From contig JAUVVB010000006.1 of assembly GCA_030604825.1 (NCBI GenBank), positions 5,781-69,780 of the forward strand: DNA of 64,000 bases. Reading direction: 5' to 3'. This document shows, piece after piece, positions 27,799-36,827 of the stretch (the first letter of the stretch is position 1; each line of letters starts with the position of its first letter). Under the pieces are notes generated by a model, which had not been told where the DNA came from, ran no database searches, and saw only the letters and a list, made by a program, of their open reading frames with translations. The stretch comes from Chloroflexota bacterium (GTDB taxonomy: Bacteria; Chloroflexota; Dehalococcoidia; E44-bin15). A program made the translations under genes and the position numbers.

Positions 27799-30036
27799 CT
27801 AAATCAAGGGCTCCATGGTAAGGGCGGGATGCCCCTTTTCCTCCAAGAAGGGGAGCAATTCCTCCGTCGTGGTGGCTATGGTGCCATCGGCGATCTTATC
27901 CATGAGATCGGGGACTCCCTCGCGCTCACAGGCCTTTTGGAGCTCCTCAGCGAACTCCTCTTTAATGTTCTTTGAGAGCCAAACCACCCGCTTGATGCCG
28001 CCCTCCACGGAGATGAACTTCTTGCTGGTGATATAGAGCTTGGAGTGCCCCATCATCCCCGGATTCTGCAGGCCGCCGCCGATTGAGCCCATCAGGGTGG
28101 TGAAGGTCATGCCACAGGGGGTCATGCTGTAGTCCTCGCGGCTCACCACCATCACCCCATTGGCCTCGGGGATGATGATCATCACGCACTCGCAGCAGCC
28201 ACAGGTGGTCATGGGGGAATCCATCAGGGAGTAGATGGTAAAGCGCTCCACAGCCCGGTTGGAGTGCTCATAGGTGAAATTGTTTACCCCCTCCCATTCC
28301 CCCTTCACCGGATCGATGCATCTTCCCTTGGGGACGGGCTGATTAGGGCCGGTGGGGTTGATCTCAAATGCGGCGCGGCAGTCCAGCCAGGTGTAGCCGC
28401 CGCAGAGCCCGGTGCGCTCTGGATTGATGACGCAGACGTGGTTGGGGGCGAAGGACTGGCATAGGGTGCAGCTATAGAAGATGTCCACCGCTTCATCGGT
28501 CATGCCTGCTATTCGGGCATCCCGCTCATGGTAAACGGCGCGAGCCCCCTCTCTCAGTTCTTCAACCTTTGGGAGCTCGGTGTAGAGGGTTACCTGCACC
28601 TTGTCCACGATGGCGCCGAAATCATTATGGAGGTTGGTGTGCAGGATGACGCCAAGGTGATTGAGGCGGAAGCCCTTTGCCACTGCCCCCTTGCTAAAGC
28701 GAATCCAGGTGATATCCCGCTGCGCCATGTGCTGGATGCCCTCAGCGCCATTTACGAAGTGGTGGATCTGGCGCTCAAGCACCGGCTCAAAGTCCTTCTG
28801 CATCTTTCGACCAGCCACCTCCACCACAATGCCCAGGGGTATATTCGCCCCCTCCTCAAAGCTATCGATGCCCGGCCCGATGAGGGTGATCTTGCCATCC
28901 TCCACCTCATCCAGGTCCTTCATGGTCAGCCACTCGACGCAGGTGCCTCCCTTGCCGCCAAACTCGGAATGGAGGTTCTCGCGGCGAACCACCTCGCCCT
29001 CAAAGGCGGGGCCATAGGCAACGGGAATGTCAACCTTGGGGATCTTGATCTTGATGCCCCGAATCTCGATGCAGCGCTGCACCAGCCTCTCCGCTCGCTC
29101 CAGGTCATCCCTTCCCGGGATATCATCGAAGGGCATGCTCACCACATGCTCATACTTGGTGATGCCTGTGGGCAGTATATTGGGAACCACGGTGTCACAG
29201 ATGGCGGGGAAGCCATAGGTGATGGCCCCAGCCCCGGTGGCCCACTTGAGGTCATCCATGGGGCCCAGACAGAGGGCAAAGGCGAAGCAGCGGAACTTGT
29301 TGTACAGGAGCATCTCCCGGAAGTCCCCCGGCTTTACATTGCCGAAGCTGAAGGCGGCTCGGCTGGCATAGCCAGCGGCATAGACCACTGAGATGGTGTC
29401 CGTGCCGAAGGGGATGGTGAAGGTGGGATAGCCCAGTTCCACCCCCTCCTCCAGGAGCTGGTCAACGATGGAGCGACCGTTGGACATGGAGGAGAGGAAG
29501 ACGAGCTGCCCCTTGGACTGAAGCTCGCGCACGATCTTGACCGCCACCTCATTGCTCTTTGCCGCACCGATGATGGCGGCAAAACCGGGCATGCTGCCAT
29601 CGACCATCTGAATTCCCCAGGAGCGGGTCTGCACATCGCTGATGGGGCCGTTGAACTTATACCCGTTATTCACCTCAGGCTGTTCGCCCTTGGCAAAGCG
29701 AATGCCCTCGATGATCTCCTCGGCGAAGAGGGTGGCCACGCCAGCATCCGCTGTCTCCCCCAGATAGGGCAGCCAAAGGTTCTCGCTGGGAACCGGAGCC
29801 AGCAAACTCTTAGCATGCTCCAGGGGCCATGTCAGGTCGCCCAGCTTCTCTACCTTATGCCCTGAGTAGCCATAGATCACCGGCAGATAGTAGGCGGTGC
29901 CCACTCCCTCTTTATCAACAAAGGCGATGGGCACATCAGCCCCCAGCTTCTCCAGGGCATCCTTAAGCATATCCTCCGCTTGCTCAACGATAGCGTGACT
30001 ACCTCTGATGGCTGAGGTTGCGATGAACCGAGACAT
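27799..30036 (-). CDS. acsB: acetyl-CoA synthase catalytic subunit (A-cluster protein; CODH/ACS beta / CdhC)
   Basis: 745 aa containing 'YSCTLCQSFAPNHVCVINPERTGLCGGYTWLDCRAAFEINPTGPNQP' and the 'CGCCE' A-cluster Cys-Gly-Cys motif. Confidence 0.85.
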   Translation of the reverse strand: MSRFIATSAIRGSHAIVEQAEDMLKDALEKLGADVPIAFVDKEGVGTAYYLPVIYGYSGHKVEKLGDLTWPLEHAKSLLAPVPSENLWLPYLGETADAGVATLFAEEIIEGIRFAKGEQPEVNNGYKFNGPISDVQTRSWGIQMVDGSMPGFAAIIGAAKSNEVAVKIVRELQSKGQLVFLSSMSNGRSIVDQLLEEGVELGYPTFTIPFGTDTISVVYAAGYASRAAFSFGNVKPGDFREMLLYNKFRCFAFALCLGPMDDLKWATGAGAITYGFPAICDTVVPNILPTGITKYEHVVSMPFDDIPGRDDLERAERLVQRCIEIRGIKIKIPKVDIPVAYGPAFEGEVVRRENLHSEFGGKGGTCVEWLTMKDLDEVEDGKITLIGPGIDSFEEGANIPLGIVVEVAGRKMQKDFEPVLERQIHHFVNGAEGIQHMAQRDITWIRFSKGAVAKGFRLNHLGVILHTNLHNDFGAIVDKVQVTLYTELPKVEELREGARAVYHERDARIAGMTDEAVDIFYSCTLCQSFAPNHVCVINPERTGLCGGYTWLDCRAAFEINPTGPNQPVPKGRCIDPVKGEWEGVNNFTYEHSNRAVERFTIYSLMDSPMTTCGCCECVMIIIPEANGVMVVSREDYSMTPCGMTFTTLMGSIGGGLQNPGMMGHSKLYITSKKFISVEGGIKRVVWLSKNIKEEFAEELQKACEREGVPDLMDKIADGTIATTTEELLPFLEEKGHPALTMEPLI

Positions 30037-30050
30037 TCTTCTCCCTCCAA

Positions 30051-30551
30051 TCAGTATCTGCGAAAATCGCCGGTCATCTTAGCGTCCAGCGGGTCCGTCT
30101 CCGTCATCCTGCTGGCAGCGCCAAACCCCGGGCTTGAGGCCCACATCTCCCCCCGCGCCGCAGTGACTAGGACATCAGCCTGCCTCAGGATCTCCCTGGC
30201 CTGGGAAAGGCGTGCCTCATCGGCTTGAACGGCGACCAGCACCCCACCCACGGAGATGCCAAAGTCGTAATACCTGACGCTCTCCTCGGGGAGGTCCAAA
30301 AAACTGGTCAATGCTGCTATAGCCTCTTCACCGCTGGCTCCCGCCAGGGCGGTGGCCATGGTGCCCAGCGCCAGAGCACTGCCTGCCTCGGGGAGGGCCA
30401 CCTCCTTGGTCTCAAGGGCGGGGAATCTGGCTGCTTTATCCCGGTGGCGTACCAGGATGCCGATCTCCTCAAAGCCCTTTGACTTCAGCTCTTGAGCTGC
30501 CTTTTCTGCATTTACGGGGTCCTTGAAAAGCTTTGCTGCTGCCTTCGCCAT
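30051..30551 (-). CDS. hypothetical protein (Ala/Gly-rich, possible glycine-zipper segment), first gene of the acs operon
   Basis: 166-aa ORF directly upstream of acsB in the same orientation. I recognise no assignable domain. Confidence 0.45.
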   Translation of the reverse strand: MAKAAAKLFKDPVNAEKAAQELKSKGFEEIGILVRHRDKAARFPALETKEVALPEAGSALALGTMATALAGASGEEAIAALTSFLDLPEESVRYYDFGISVGGVLVAVQADEARLSQAREILRQADVLVTAARGEMWASSPGFGAASRMTETDPLDAKMTGDFRRY

Positions 30552-30702
30552 AGAGCCTCCCTTGCAATAAAAATACCTCCCCCTTCATCGTGCCTTAATG
30601 CACGGGGGAGAGGCAGCCAATTTCCGATGCCACAATAGCCATGGACAGGATTTGCTCGATACTTCCAAACTAAATTTTAGCATGCCGCTGAAGCCAAGTC
30701 AA

Positions 30703-30736
30703 CATTTAAAAAGGACCCCACCACATGGCGGGGTCC
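30703..30736 (-). terminator. rho-independent terminator downstream of ssrA
   Basis: On the minus strand: GGACCCCGCCA-tg-TGGTGGGGTCC hairpin (plus-strand coordinates 30713-30736) followed by a U-run (plus-strand A-run at 30705-30712). Confidence 0.45.
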
Positions 30737-30747
30737 TCTAAATCCAA

Positions 30748-31087
30748 TGGTGGAGACGGGGGAGAGTCGAACTCCCCGTCCAGAGGAAGTTGTCCCAAGA
30801 TATGCTACAGGCTTAGTCGGCCCTTTGCTCTCGCCCAAACGCCCGCTGCCGACCGAGGGCGGTTGGGCCAGTCGATAACATCTTAGGCAAACCTTATCGA
30901 CATCTGGCTTGCCGCACCTCGACTCTTCGTCATCCGCCCCGCCCATCGAGGGAGGCGAGGAGGACGTGTCTACTTAGCTGGCGTAGACGTAGTTGCCAGT
31001 TATTTTTTGCCACCTGTTTTGCGAGGTTGGTGGCACCTCGGCCTGCAATCCTGGGGCGCTCTTCCCCTGTCGAAACCGCTCGTCCCC
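30748..31087 (-). ncRNA. ssrA: tmRNA (SsrA)
   Basis: Minus-strand 5' end 'GGGGACGAGCGGTTTCGACAGGGG...'. The 3' end is tRNA-like: '...GGGGAGTTCGACTCTCCCCCGTCTCCACCA' (T-arm GGGGAG/TTCGACT/CTCCCC, acceptor CGUCUCC pairing with the 5' GGGGACG, discriminator A, CCA). About 340 nt. smpB lies directly upstream on the same strand. Confidence 0.75.
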
Positions 31088-31090
31088 ATG

Positions 31091-31546
31091 CTATCTCCTG
31101 GCCTGCTTAAGGGCACGCTCCATCTCCCGCTCCGCATCGCGGAGCGCAATGGCCTGGCGCTTGTCGTAAAGCTTCCTCCCCCTGGCAAGGCCCAGTTCCA
31201 CCTTGGCAATTCCATTCTTAAGGTACAACCTCAACGGCACCAGGGTAAAACCCTTCCGCATCACCTCCCCGCTGAGCTCATCGATCTGGCTTCGGTGGAG
31301 CAGGAGCTTGCGCCGACGTTTTGGCTCGTGATTATAGCGATTGCCCCCCTGATAGGGGGCGATGTGGGCATTGAAAAGCCAAAGCTCGCCACCCTCAGGA
31401 TGGGCATAGGCATCGCGGAGGTTTACCCCACCACCGCGGATGGACTTGATCTCGGTGCCGGTGAGAACGATACCCGCCTCAACCGTCTCGCCAATATCGT
31501 AATCGTGATATGCCTTGCGGTTGAAACTAACGATCTTGACAGCCAC
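31091..31546 (-). CDS. smpB: SsrA-binding protein SmpB
   Basis: 151 aa with 'NRKAYHDYDI...GIVLTGTEIKSIR...LWLFNAHIAPY', a typical SmpB. Confidence 0.9.
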   Translation of the reverse strand: MAVKIVSFNRKAYHDYDIGETVEAGIVLTGTEIKSIRGGGVNLRDAYAHPEGGELWLFNAHIAPYQGGNRYNHEPKRRRKLLLHRSQIDELSGEVMRKGFTLVPLRLYLKNGIAKVELGLARGRKLYDKRQAIALRDAEREMERALKQARR

Positions 31547-31582
31547 AACCTATTTTATCACATCCAACGGGGAGGTTCAACA

Positions 31583-32752
31583 TCACCGTCCCATTTCGAT
31601 GTACTGGATGGCGCGTTCCAGCTGGGGGTCAATCCCCTGAGCAACGTCCTCCTCGGTGATCTCCACCTCGAAATCCGGCGTCAGCCCCACCCCCTCTATC
31701 AGGTGACCGTCTGGGGTGAGCCAGCGGGCGGTGGTGACATACAGGGCAGAGCCATCGCTAAGCTCATCGATGAGCTGGACACTGCCCTTGCCATAGGTTG
31801 TGGTGCCGATAAGCGGGGCACGCCCGTGGTCCTGAAGCGCCCCGGCAAGTATCTCGCTAGCGCTGGCACTGCCGCCATCTACTAAAACAGCTAGCGGCAC
31901 GTCGGTGGCAAGCCCCCCTGAGCTGGCCTTCCATTCCTTCATTACCTCCCCTTGGTCATCAGCTTGATACAGAATGGTGCCACCGTCAAGGAACTCGTCC
32001 GCCACATCGACCACGGTATTAAGCAGTCCCCCAGGATTGCCCCTAAGGTCGAGGACAATGTCCATCGCCCCGCTGCTGAGAGCATCGCTGAGAATGGAGC
32101 TCAGCTCTTGGTCGGTGCGCTCCGAAAAGTGGATGATCTCGATATAGGCGATGTTGCCCGGCAGCATCTCAAGGTAGACGCTATCTAGGGGGATCTCCTC
32201 CCTGGTTACCTCTATCTCTACTGGTTCGGTTTCGCCCTGGTGCAGAATGAGAAGGGTCACCTTTGTGCCCTCAGGCCCTCTTATCTTGAGCACCGCCTCG
32301 GTGAGGGTCATTTCAGAGGTGGCGTCGCCATCGATCTCCAGGATCCTATCCCCAGCCCTGATCCCCTGCCGCTCAGCAGGACTGCCAGCGATGGGAGAAA
32401 TGACGACGAGCTCCCCATCTTGCATGGCGACAAAGGCACCGATGCCCTCAAAGGAACCCTCGAACTCACTCCAGTACAGCTCATAGGTCTCGGGATCAAC
32501 ATAGACAGTGTAGGGATCGCCCAATGCCTCAAGGAGCCCCTTAATCGCCCCTTGGGTTAAGCTTTTGGGGTCGAGGGCCTCTTTGTTGACATAATCTTCC
32601 TGGAGGAATTGCCAGGTCTCCCACAGGGTTTCAAACTCCGGGGGAACCTCCGAGGCACCTGGGGACAACAGTTGAGCAAGGCCAAAGCCGGCCCCAAAGG
32701 AGAAGAGGAGCAAGGCTATCAGCAGGGCGAGGAGTAACCTTTTGCTAGTCAT
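31583..32752 (-). CDS. ctpA: carboxyl-terminal processing protease (S41 family, PDZ-containing)
   Basis: 'VLDLRGNPGGLL' S41 signature, a PDZ domain, and an N-terminal signal/TM segment MTSKRLLLALLIALLL. Start taken at 32752. The ORF track extends to 32824. Confidence 0.8.
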   Translation of the reverse strand: MTSKRLLLALLIALLLFSFGAGFGLAQLLSPGASEVPPEFETLWETWQFLQEDYVNKEALDPKSLTQGAIKGLLEALGDPYTVYVDPETYELYWSEFEGSFEGIGAFVAMQDGELVVISPIAGSPAERQGIRAGDRILEIDGDATSEMTLTEAVLKIRGPEGTKVTLLILHQGETEPVEIEVTREEIPLDSVYLEMLPGNIAYIEIIHFSERTDQELSSILSDALSSGAMDIVLDLRGNPGGLLNTVVDVADEFLDGGTILYQADDQGEVMKEWKASSGGLATDVPLAVLVDGGSASASEILAGALQDHGRAPLIGTTTYGKGSVQLIDELSDGSALYVTTARWLTPDGHLIEGVGLTPDFEVEITEEDVAQGIDPQLERAIQYIEMGR

Positions 32753-32883
32753 TTCAAGGCAATATAGCATAAAGTCAGCGACGAGACAAGCCAGGGGGCA
32801 GGATTGACATGGTTTTTGCGGCATGCTATCATTTCACCGCTAGTGAACCCGTTCACTAAATAGCACCTTAATAGGAGGGAATA

Positions 32884-34290
32884 ATGGCAGGCATAACATC
32901 TTACGGTGCCTACATCCCGTTTTTCCGGCTCGGCGGGCAAACGGCCGGCTGGTCAGGGCTGGTGGAGAAGGCGGTTGCCAGCTTCGATGAGGACAGCCTC
33001 ACCATGGCCACGGCAGCCGCCATCGACTGCATGAATGGCATGGAACGCAGCCTCGTTGATGGCTTATACTTTGCATCCACCACATCCCCCTATGCTGAGA
33101 AGCAGGGGGCAACGACAATAGCCACCGCCGCTGACCTGCGCCGGGATATAATCAACATGGACTTCACCGACTCCCTGAGGGCGGGGACCAATGCGCTGAG
33201 GGCTGCCCTGGATGCGGTAAGCGCCGGCACGGCGAAGCAGATCATGGTCGCCGCGGCTGACATGCGGCTGGCAATGCTGCGCTCCGGCTATGAGGCTGGC
33301 TTCGGCGATGGCGCTGCTGCCCTGCTCATCGGCGATGAAAGGGTTGCGGTGAAGGTAGAGGGCTGGTACTCGGTCTCCAACGAGATGCTGGACGTTTGGC
33401 GGTCCCAGGGGGACGCTTTGGTGAATGCCTGGGAGGACCGTTTCGTCTTGGACGAGGGGTATCGGAGTGCCCTCCCCGAGGCAGTCAAGGGACTATTCGC
33501 CAAGTATAATGTGAGTGCCAAGGATTTCGCCAAGGCGGTGTATTATGCCCCTGATCCCAGGAGGCATACCGAGATGGCAAGAACGTTAGGGTTTGACCCG
33601 GCCCAGGTTCAGCCATCGCTAATCGGGGCGGTGGGCAATACCGGGGCCGCCTATGCCCTGATGATGCTGGTTGCCGCTCTGGAGGAGGCTAAGCCCGGAG
33701 ACAGGATCCTCTTCGCCAACTACGGCGATGGCGCCGATGCTTACATCTTGGAGGTAACCGAGGAGATAAATAAAATCAGGGATCGGCGGGGACTAAAGGG
33801 CCATCTGGCAGCGAAGAAGATCCTGGGTGACTATGAGACCTATGCTTTTTGGCGGGGCTTGGTGGAAAGGTCGGCGGGAGCTCGCCGTCCTGAGATGCTT
33901 CAGCCCTCGGCATCTGTGGTGTGGCGGGATCGGGATCAGAACATCCGCTTTTACGGGATGAGGTGCAAGAACTGTGGCTATCAGCAGTATCCACCCCAAA
34001 GGGTTTGCACCAAGTGCCATGCCAAGGACAACTCTGAGCCGGTGAGATTCTCGGATAAGAAGGGCACGGTCTTCACCTATGCTATGGACTATCTGGTGCC
34101 CACCGGCGACCCGCCAATGATCATCGCCATCGTTGATTTTGAGGGTGGGGGGAGAACGGTGAGCATGATGACCGACCGCGACATCAACGACCTCAAGGTG
34201 GGAATGCCCGTTGAGCTTACCTTCAGGAAGCTGTTCACTGCCAAGGGCGTTCACAGCTACTACTGGAAATGCATGCCGGTGAGAATGTAG
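32884..34290 (+). CDS. hydroxymethylglutaryl-CoA synthase (archaeal-type) fused to a C-terminal DUF35 Zn-ribbon/OB-fold domain
   Basis: 468 aa. The N-terminal about 350 aa resemble an HMGCS/thiolase-fold condensing enzyme ('MAGITSYGAYIPFFRL'). The C-terminal region has a 'CKNCGYQQYPPQRVCTKCH' rubredoxin-like Zn ribbon followed by an OB-fold (DUF35). Confidence 0.75.
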   Translation: MAGITSYGAYIPFFRLGGQTAGWSGLVEKAVASFDEDSLTMATAAAIDCMNGMERSLVDGLYFASTTSPYAEKQGATTIATAADLRRDIINMDFTDSLRAGTNALRAALDAVSAGTAKQIMVAAADMRLAMLRSGYEAGFGDGAAALLIGDERVAVKVEGWYSVSNEMLDVWRSQGDALVNAWEDRFVLDEGYRSALPEAVKGLFAKYNVSAKDFAKAVYYAPDPRRHTEMARTLGFDPAQVQPSLIGAVGNTGAAYALMMLVAALEEAKPGDRILFANYGDGADAYILEVTEEINKIRDRRGLKGHLAAKKILGDYETYAFWRGLVERSAGARRPEMLQPSASVVWRDRDQNIRFYGMRCKNCGYQQYPPQRVCTKCHAKDNSEPVRFSDKKGTVFTYAMDYLVPTGDPPMIIAIVDFEGGGRTVSMMTDRDINDLKVGMPVELTFRKLFTAKGVHSYYWKCMPVRM

Positions 34291-34304
34291 AAAAGGAGGG
34301 TAAA

Positions 34305-35483
34305 ATGCCGGGGCTAAAGGACAGGGTAGCGATAATTGGTATGGGTTGTACCAGGTTTGGAGAGCTTTGGGATAAGGATGTGGAGGACATGCTGGTTGAT
34401 GCCTGCTTTGAGGCCATCGAGGACGCCAAGATCGAACCCAAGGATATTCAGGCAGGCTGGGTGGGCACGGTGGGCTCTTCCTTCAGCGGGCAGATGCTGT
34501 CCCATCCCTTAAAGCTGGAGTATATCCCCATCAGCAGGCTGGAGAACTTTTGCGCTACCGCAACCGATGCGTTTATGAATGCCTGCTACGCCGTGGCAGC
34601 GGGGGTTTACGACATAGTGATCACTGCCGGGGTGGAAAAGCTGAAGGACACCGGCTTCGCTGGGCTAGGCGCGGTCGGCGGCCCGCCGACTGCTGGGGTT
34701 GAGCCACCGGTCCCGCCTCCAGCTCAGTTTGCCTTAGCGGCAACTAGGTATGCCCATCACTACGGGCTGAGCATGGAGGAGCTTAAAACCGCCCTGGCCA
34801 AGATCGCGGTGAAGAACCACCATAATGGCACCCTCAACCCAAAGGCCCACTTCCGCAGGGAGGTAACCCTGGAGCAGGTACTCAATGCTCCCATGGTCGC
34901 CTGGCCCTTGGGGCTATTCGATTGCTGCGGGGTGAGCGATGGTGCTGCGGCGGCGATAATAACCAACCCCGAGATCGCCAAGAAGTTCAGGGATGATTAC
35001 GTCCTAGTGAAGGCGGTGAAGCTTGCCTGCGGCGCGAGGCAGGGGCAGCTCCAAGACTGGTATGACTTCGTCCACTTTGAAGAGAATGTGGCGGCCTCCA
35101 AGGCTGCCTATGAGGAGGCGGGGATAAAGAATCCTCGCCAGGAGATCGACCTGGCCAGCGTTCACGACTGCTTCACCATAACCGAGCTGATCATCTACGA
35201 GGACCTTCAGTTCAGCCCTCGGGGTAAGGGGCCGGAGGATGTGGATGCTGGCACCTTCACCCTGGAAGGTGAGCTGCCGGTAAACACCGATGGCGGGCTG
35301 AAGTGCTTCGGCCACCCCGTTGGCGCCAGCGGGCTGAGGATGCTCTATGAGGTCTACAAGCAGATTCAGGGAAAGGCGGAGCAGCGGCAACTGAAGAAGG
35401 CTGACATCGGGCTCACCCATAACCTTGGTGGGCTGCCCGGCTCCTTCACCTGCGGTGTGACCATCGTGGGGAGGAGGGACTAA
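34305..35483 (+). CDS. thiolase-family acetyl-CoA C-acetyltransferase-like protein (archaeal/SCP-x-type)
   Basis: About 392 aa with 'DRVAIIGMGCTRFGE' active-site Cys and C-terminal 'GHPVGASGLRMLYEV'. ATG at 34305 is preceded by an AAAGGAGGG RBS. The ORF track starts at 34269. Confidence 0.75.
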   Translation: MPGLKDRVAIIGMGCTRFGELWDKDVEDMLVDACFEAIEDAKIEPKDIQAGWVGTVGSSFSGQMLSHPLKLEYIPISRLENFCATATDAFMNACYAVAAGVYDIVITAGVEKLKDTGFAGLGAVGGPPTAGVEPPVPPPAQFALAATRYAHHYGLSMEELKTALAKIAVKNHHNGTLNPKAHFRREVTLEQVLNAPMVAWPLGLFDCCGVSDGAAAAIITNPEIAKKFRDDYVLVKAVKLACGARQGQLQDWYDFVHFEENVAASKAAYEEAGIKNPRQEIDLASVHDCFTITELIIYEDLQFSPRGKGPEDVDAGTFTLEGELPVNTDGGLKCFGHPVGASGLRMLYEVYKQIQGKAEQRQLKKADIGLTHNLGGLPGSFTCGVTIVGRRD

Positions 35484-35506
35484 GCTTAGGACATCGCTTA
35501 AGGATA

Positions 35507-35538
35507 GCGGGCCGCCTTTGGGGCGGCCCGCTGTTTAT
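35507..35538. terminator. bidirectional rho-independent terminator between the convergent thiolase and hflX genes
   Basis: GCGGGCCGCC-tttg-GGCGGCCCGC perfect 10-bp GC stem followed by TGTTTAT. It lies in the 128-nt convergent intergenic gap. Confidence 0.5.
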
Positions 35539-35611
35539 GTCAATAGGGGAGGGCTTTTTCATAGCTATAGTGACATAATGAATATTGTGCGACCCACTTC
35601 TGTGGGGGAGC

Positions 35612-36727
35612 CTAGGTTAGCCTTCCGGGCATGGCCTTGAGGGCTTCCCAAACCCCCTTTGGTATGCCGTAAGATAGCTCTAGGGGCATCTGATTGGATA
35701 GCTTTTCGGCGATGCGCTCCAGCAATCTATTCAGTCCCCATCCCTTGGCCGCTGAGATCAACACTACATCCTGACCGCTTTCTTCGACCATTTTCACCAA
35801 ATCGGCCATCTCCTCTTCTGCGGCGACAAATAGGTCGATTTTGTTCAACACGGCGATCCTCGGCTTCTCGCCGAGCCCCAGTTTCGCAAGGATCTTCTCC
35901 ACAGTGATGCTTTGCTTCACGGCATTTGTATGCGTTATGTCAACTATGTGAAGCAGAAGGGCTGCCTCGTCCAGCTCTTCCAGGGTGGCCCTAAAGGCGG
36001 CGATCACCATGGGGGGTAACTTCTGAATAAAGCCCACCGTATCGCTTAACAGCACCTGCTGTTTTTTGGGCAGGGTGAGCCTTCTGGTGATGGGGTCAAG
36101 GGTGGCAAACAGCTTGTCCTCCACCAGAACTGAGGCATTGCTAAGGGTATTTAGCAGGGTGCTCTTTCCCGCATTGGTGTAGCCGATGATGGCCACAACG
36201 GGGATGCCCTGAGCGCTGCGGCGGCGACGATAGAGGGCACGGTGCTTCCTTACCTGCTCGATTTCCTTTCTCAGGCGGTGGAGCTTCTGACGCACCAGGC
36301 GGCGATCGGTCTCCAGCTGGGATTCGCCGGGCCCCCTGGTGCCAATGCCGCCACCGAGGCGCTCCAGGTGGCTCCACTGTCCGGGGAGGCGGGGCAGCAG
36401 ATATTGATGCTGAGCCAGCTCCACCTGAAGGCGACCCTCATGGGTCTGCGCCCTTTTGGCGAAGATATCCAGGATGAGGGCGGTGCGGTCGATTATCTTG
36501 ACCCCTAGCGCCTCCTCCAGGTTCCTTTGCTGGGTGGGCGAAAGCTCATCGTCGAAAAGGACCACGTCATAGCCCACCTCATTCTTGAGGTCGGCCAACT
36601 CCTTTAGCTTGCCCTTGCCCAGGTAATAGCCAGGGGTTGCCTTGGTCAGGCGCTGCACCAATGCCCCCACCACCTCTGCCCCAGCGGTAGCCGCCAGTTG
36701 GGCAAGCTCCTCCAGGGAGTCTTCCAC
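35612..36727 (-). CDS. hflX: GTPase HflX
   Basis: 371 aa with the HflX N-domain, then 'VAIIGYTNAGKSTLLN' (G1), 'DTVGFI' (G3) and 'NKIDL' (G4). Confidence 0.85.
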   Translation of the reverse strand: MEDSLEELAQLAATAGAEVVGALVQRLTKATPGYYLGKGKLKELADLKNEVGYDVVLFDDELSPTQQRNLEEALGVKIIDRTALILDIFAKRAQTHEGRLQVELAQHQYLLPRLPGQWSHLERLGGGIGTRGPGESQLETDRRLVRQKLHRLRKEIEQVRKHRALYRRRRSAQGIPVVAIIGYTNAGKSTLLNTLSNASVLVEDKLFATLDPITRRLTLPKKQQVLLSDTVGFIQKLPPMVIAAFRATLEELDEAALLLHIVDITHTNAVKQSITVEKILAKLGLGEKPRIAVLNKIDLFVAAEEEMADLVKMVEESGQDVVLISAAKGWGLNRLLERIAEKLSNQMPLELSYGIPKGVWEALKAMPGRLT

Positions 36728-36827
36728 AGCCCAGGTATCTCTGGCCCTCTTTATCTCTACCCCTACCAGGAAGGCCCTCTCTGCCGGCTGATGGGTGGGA
36801 AAGGTTTTCTTGGCGATGGCTCCCTCC

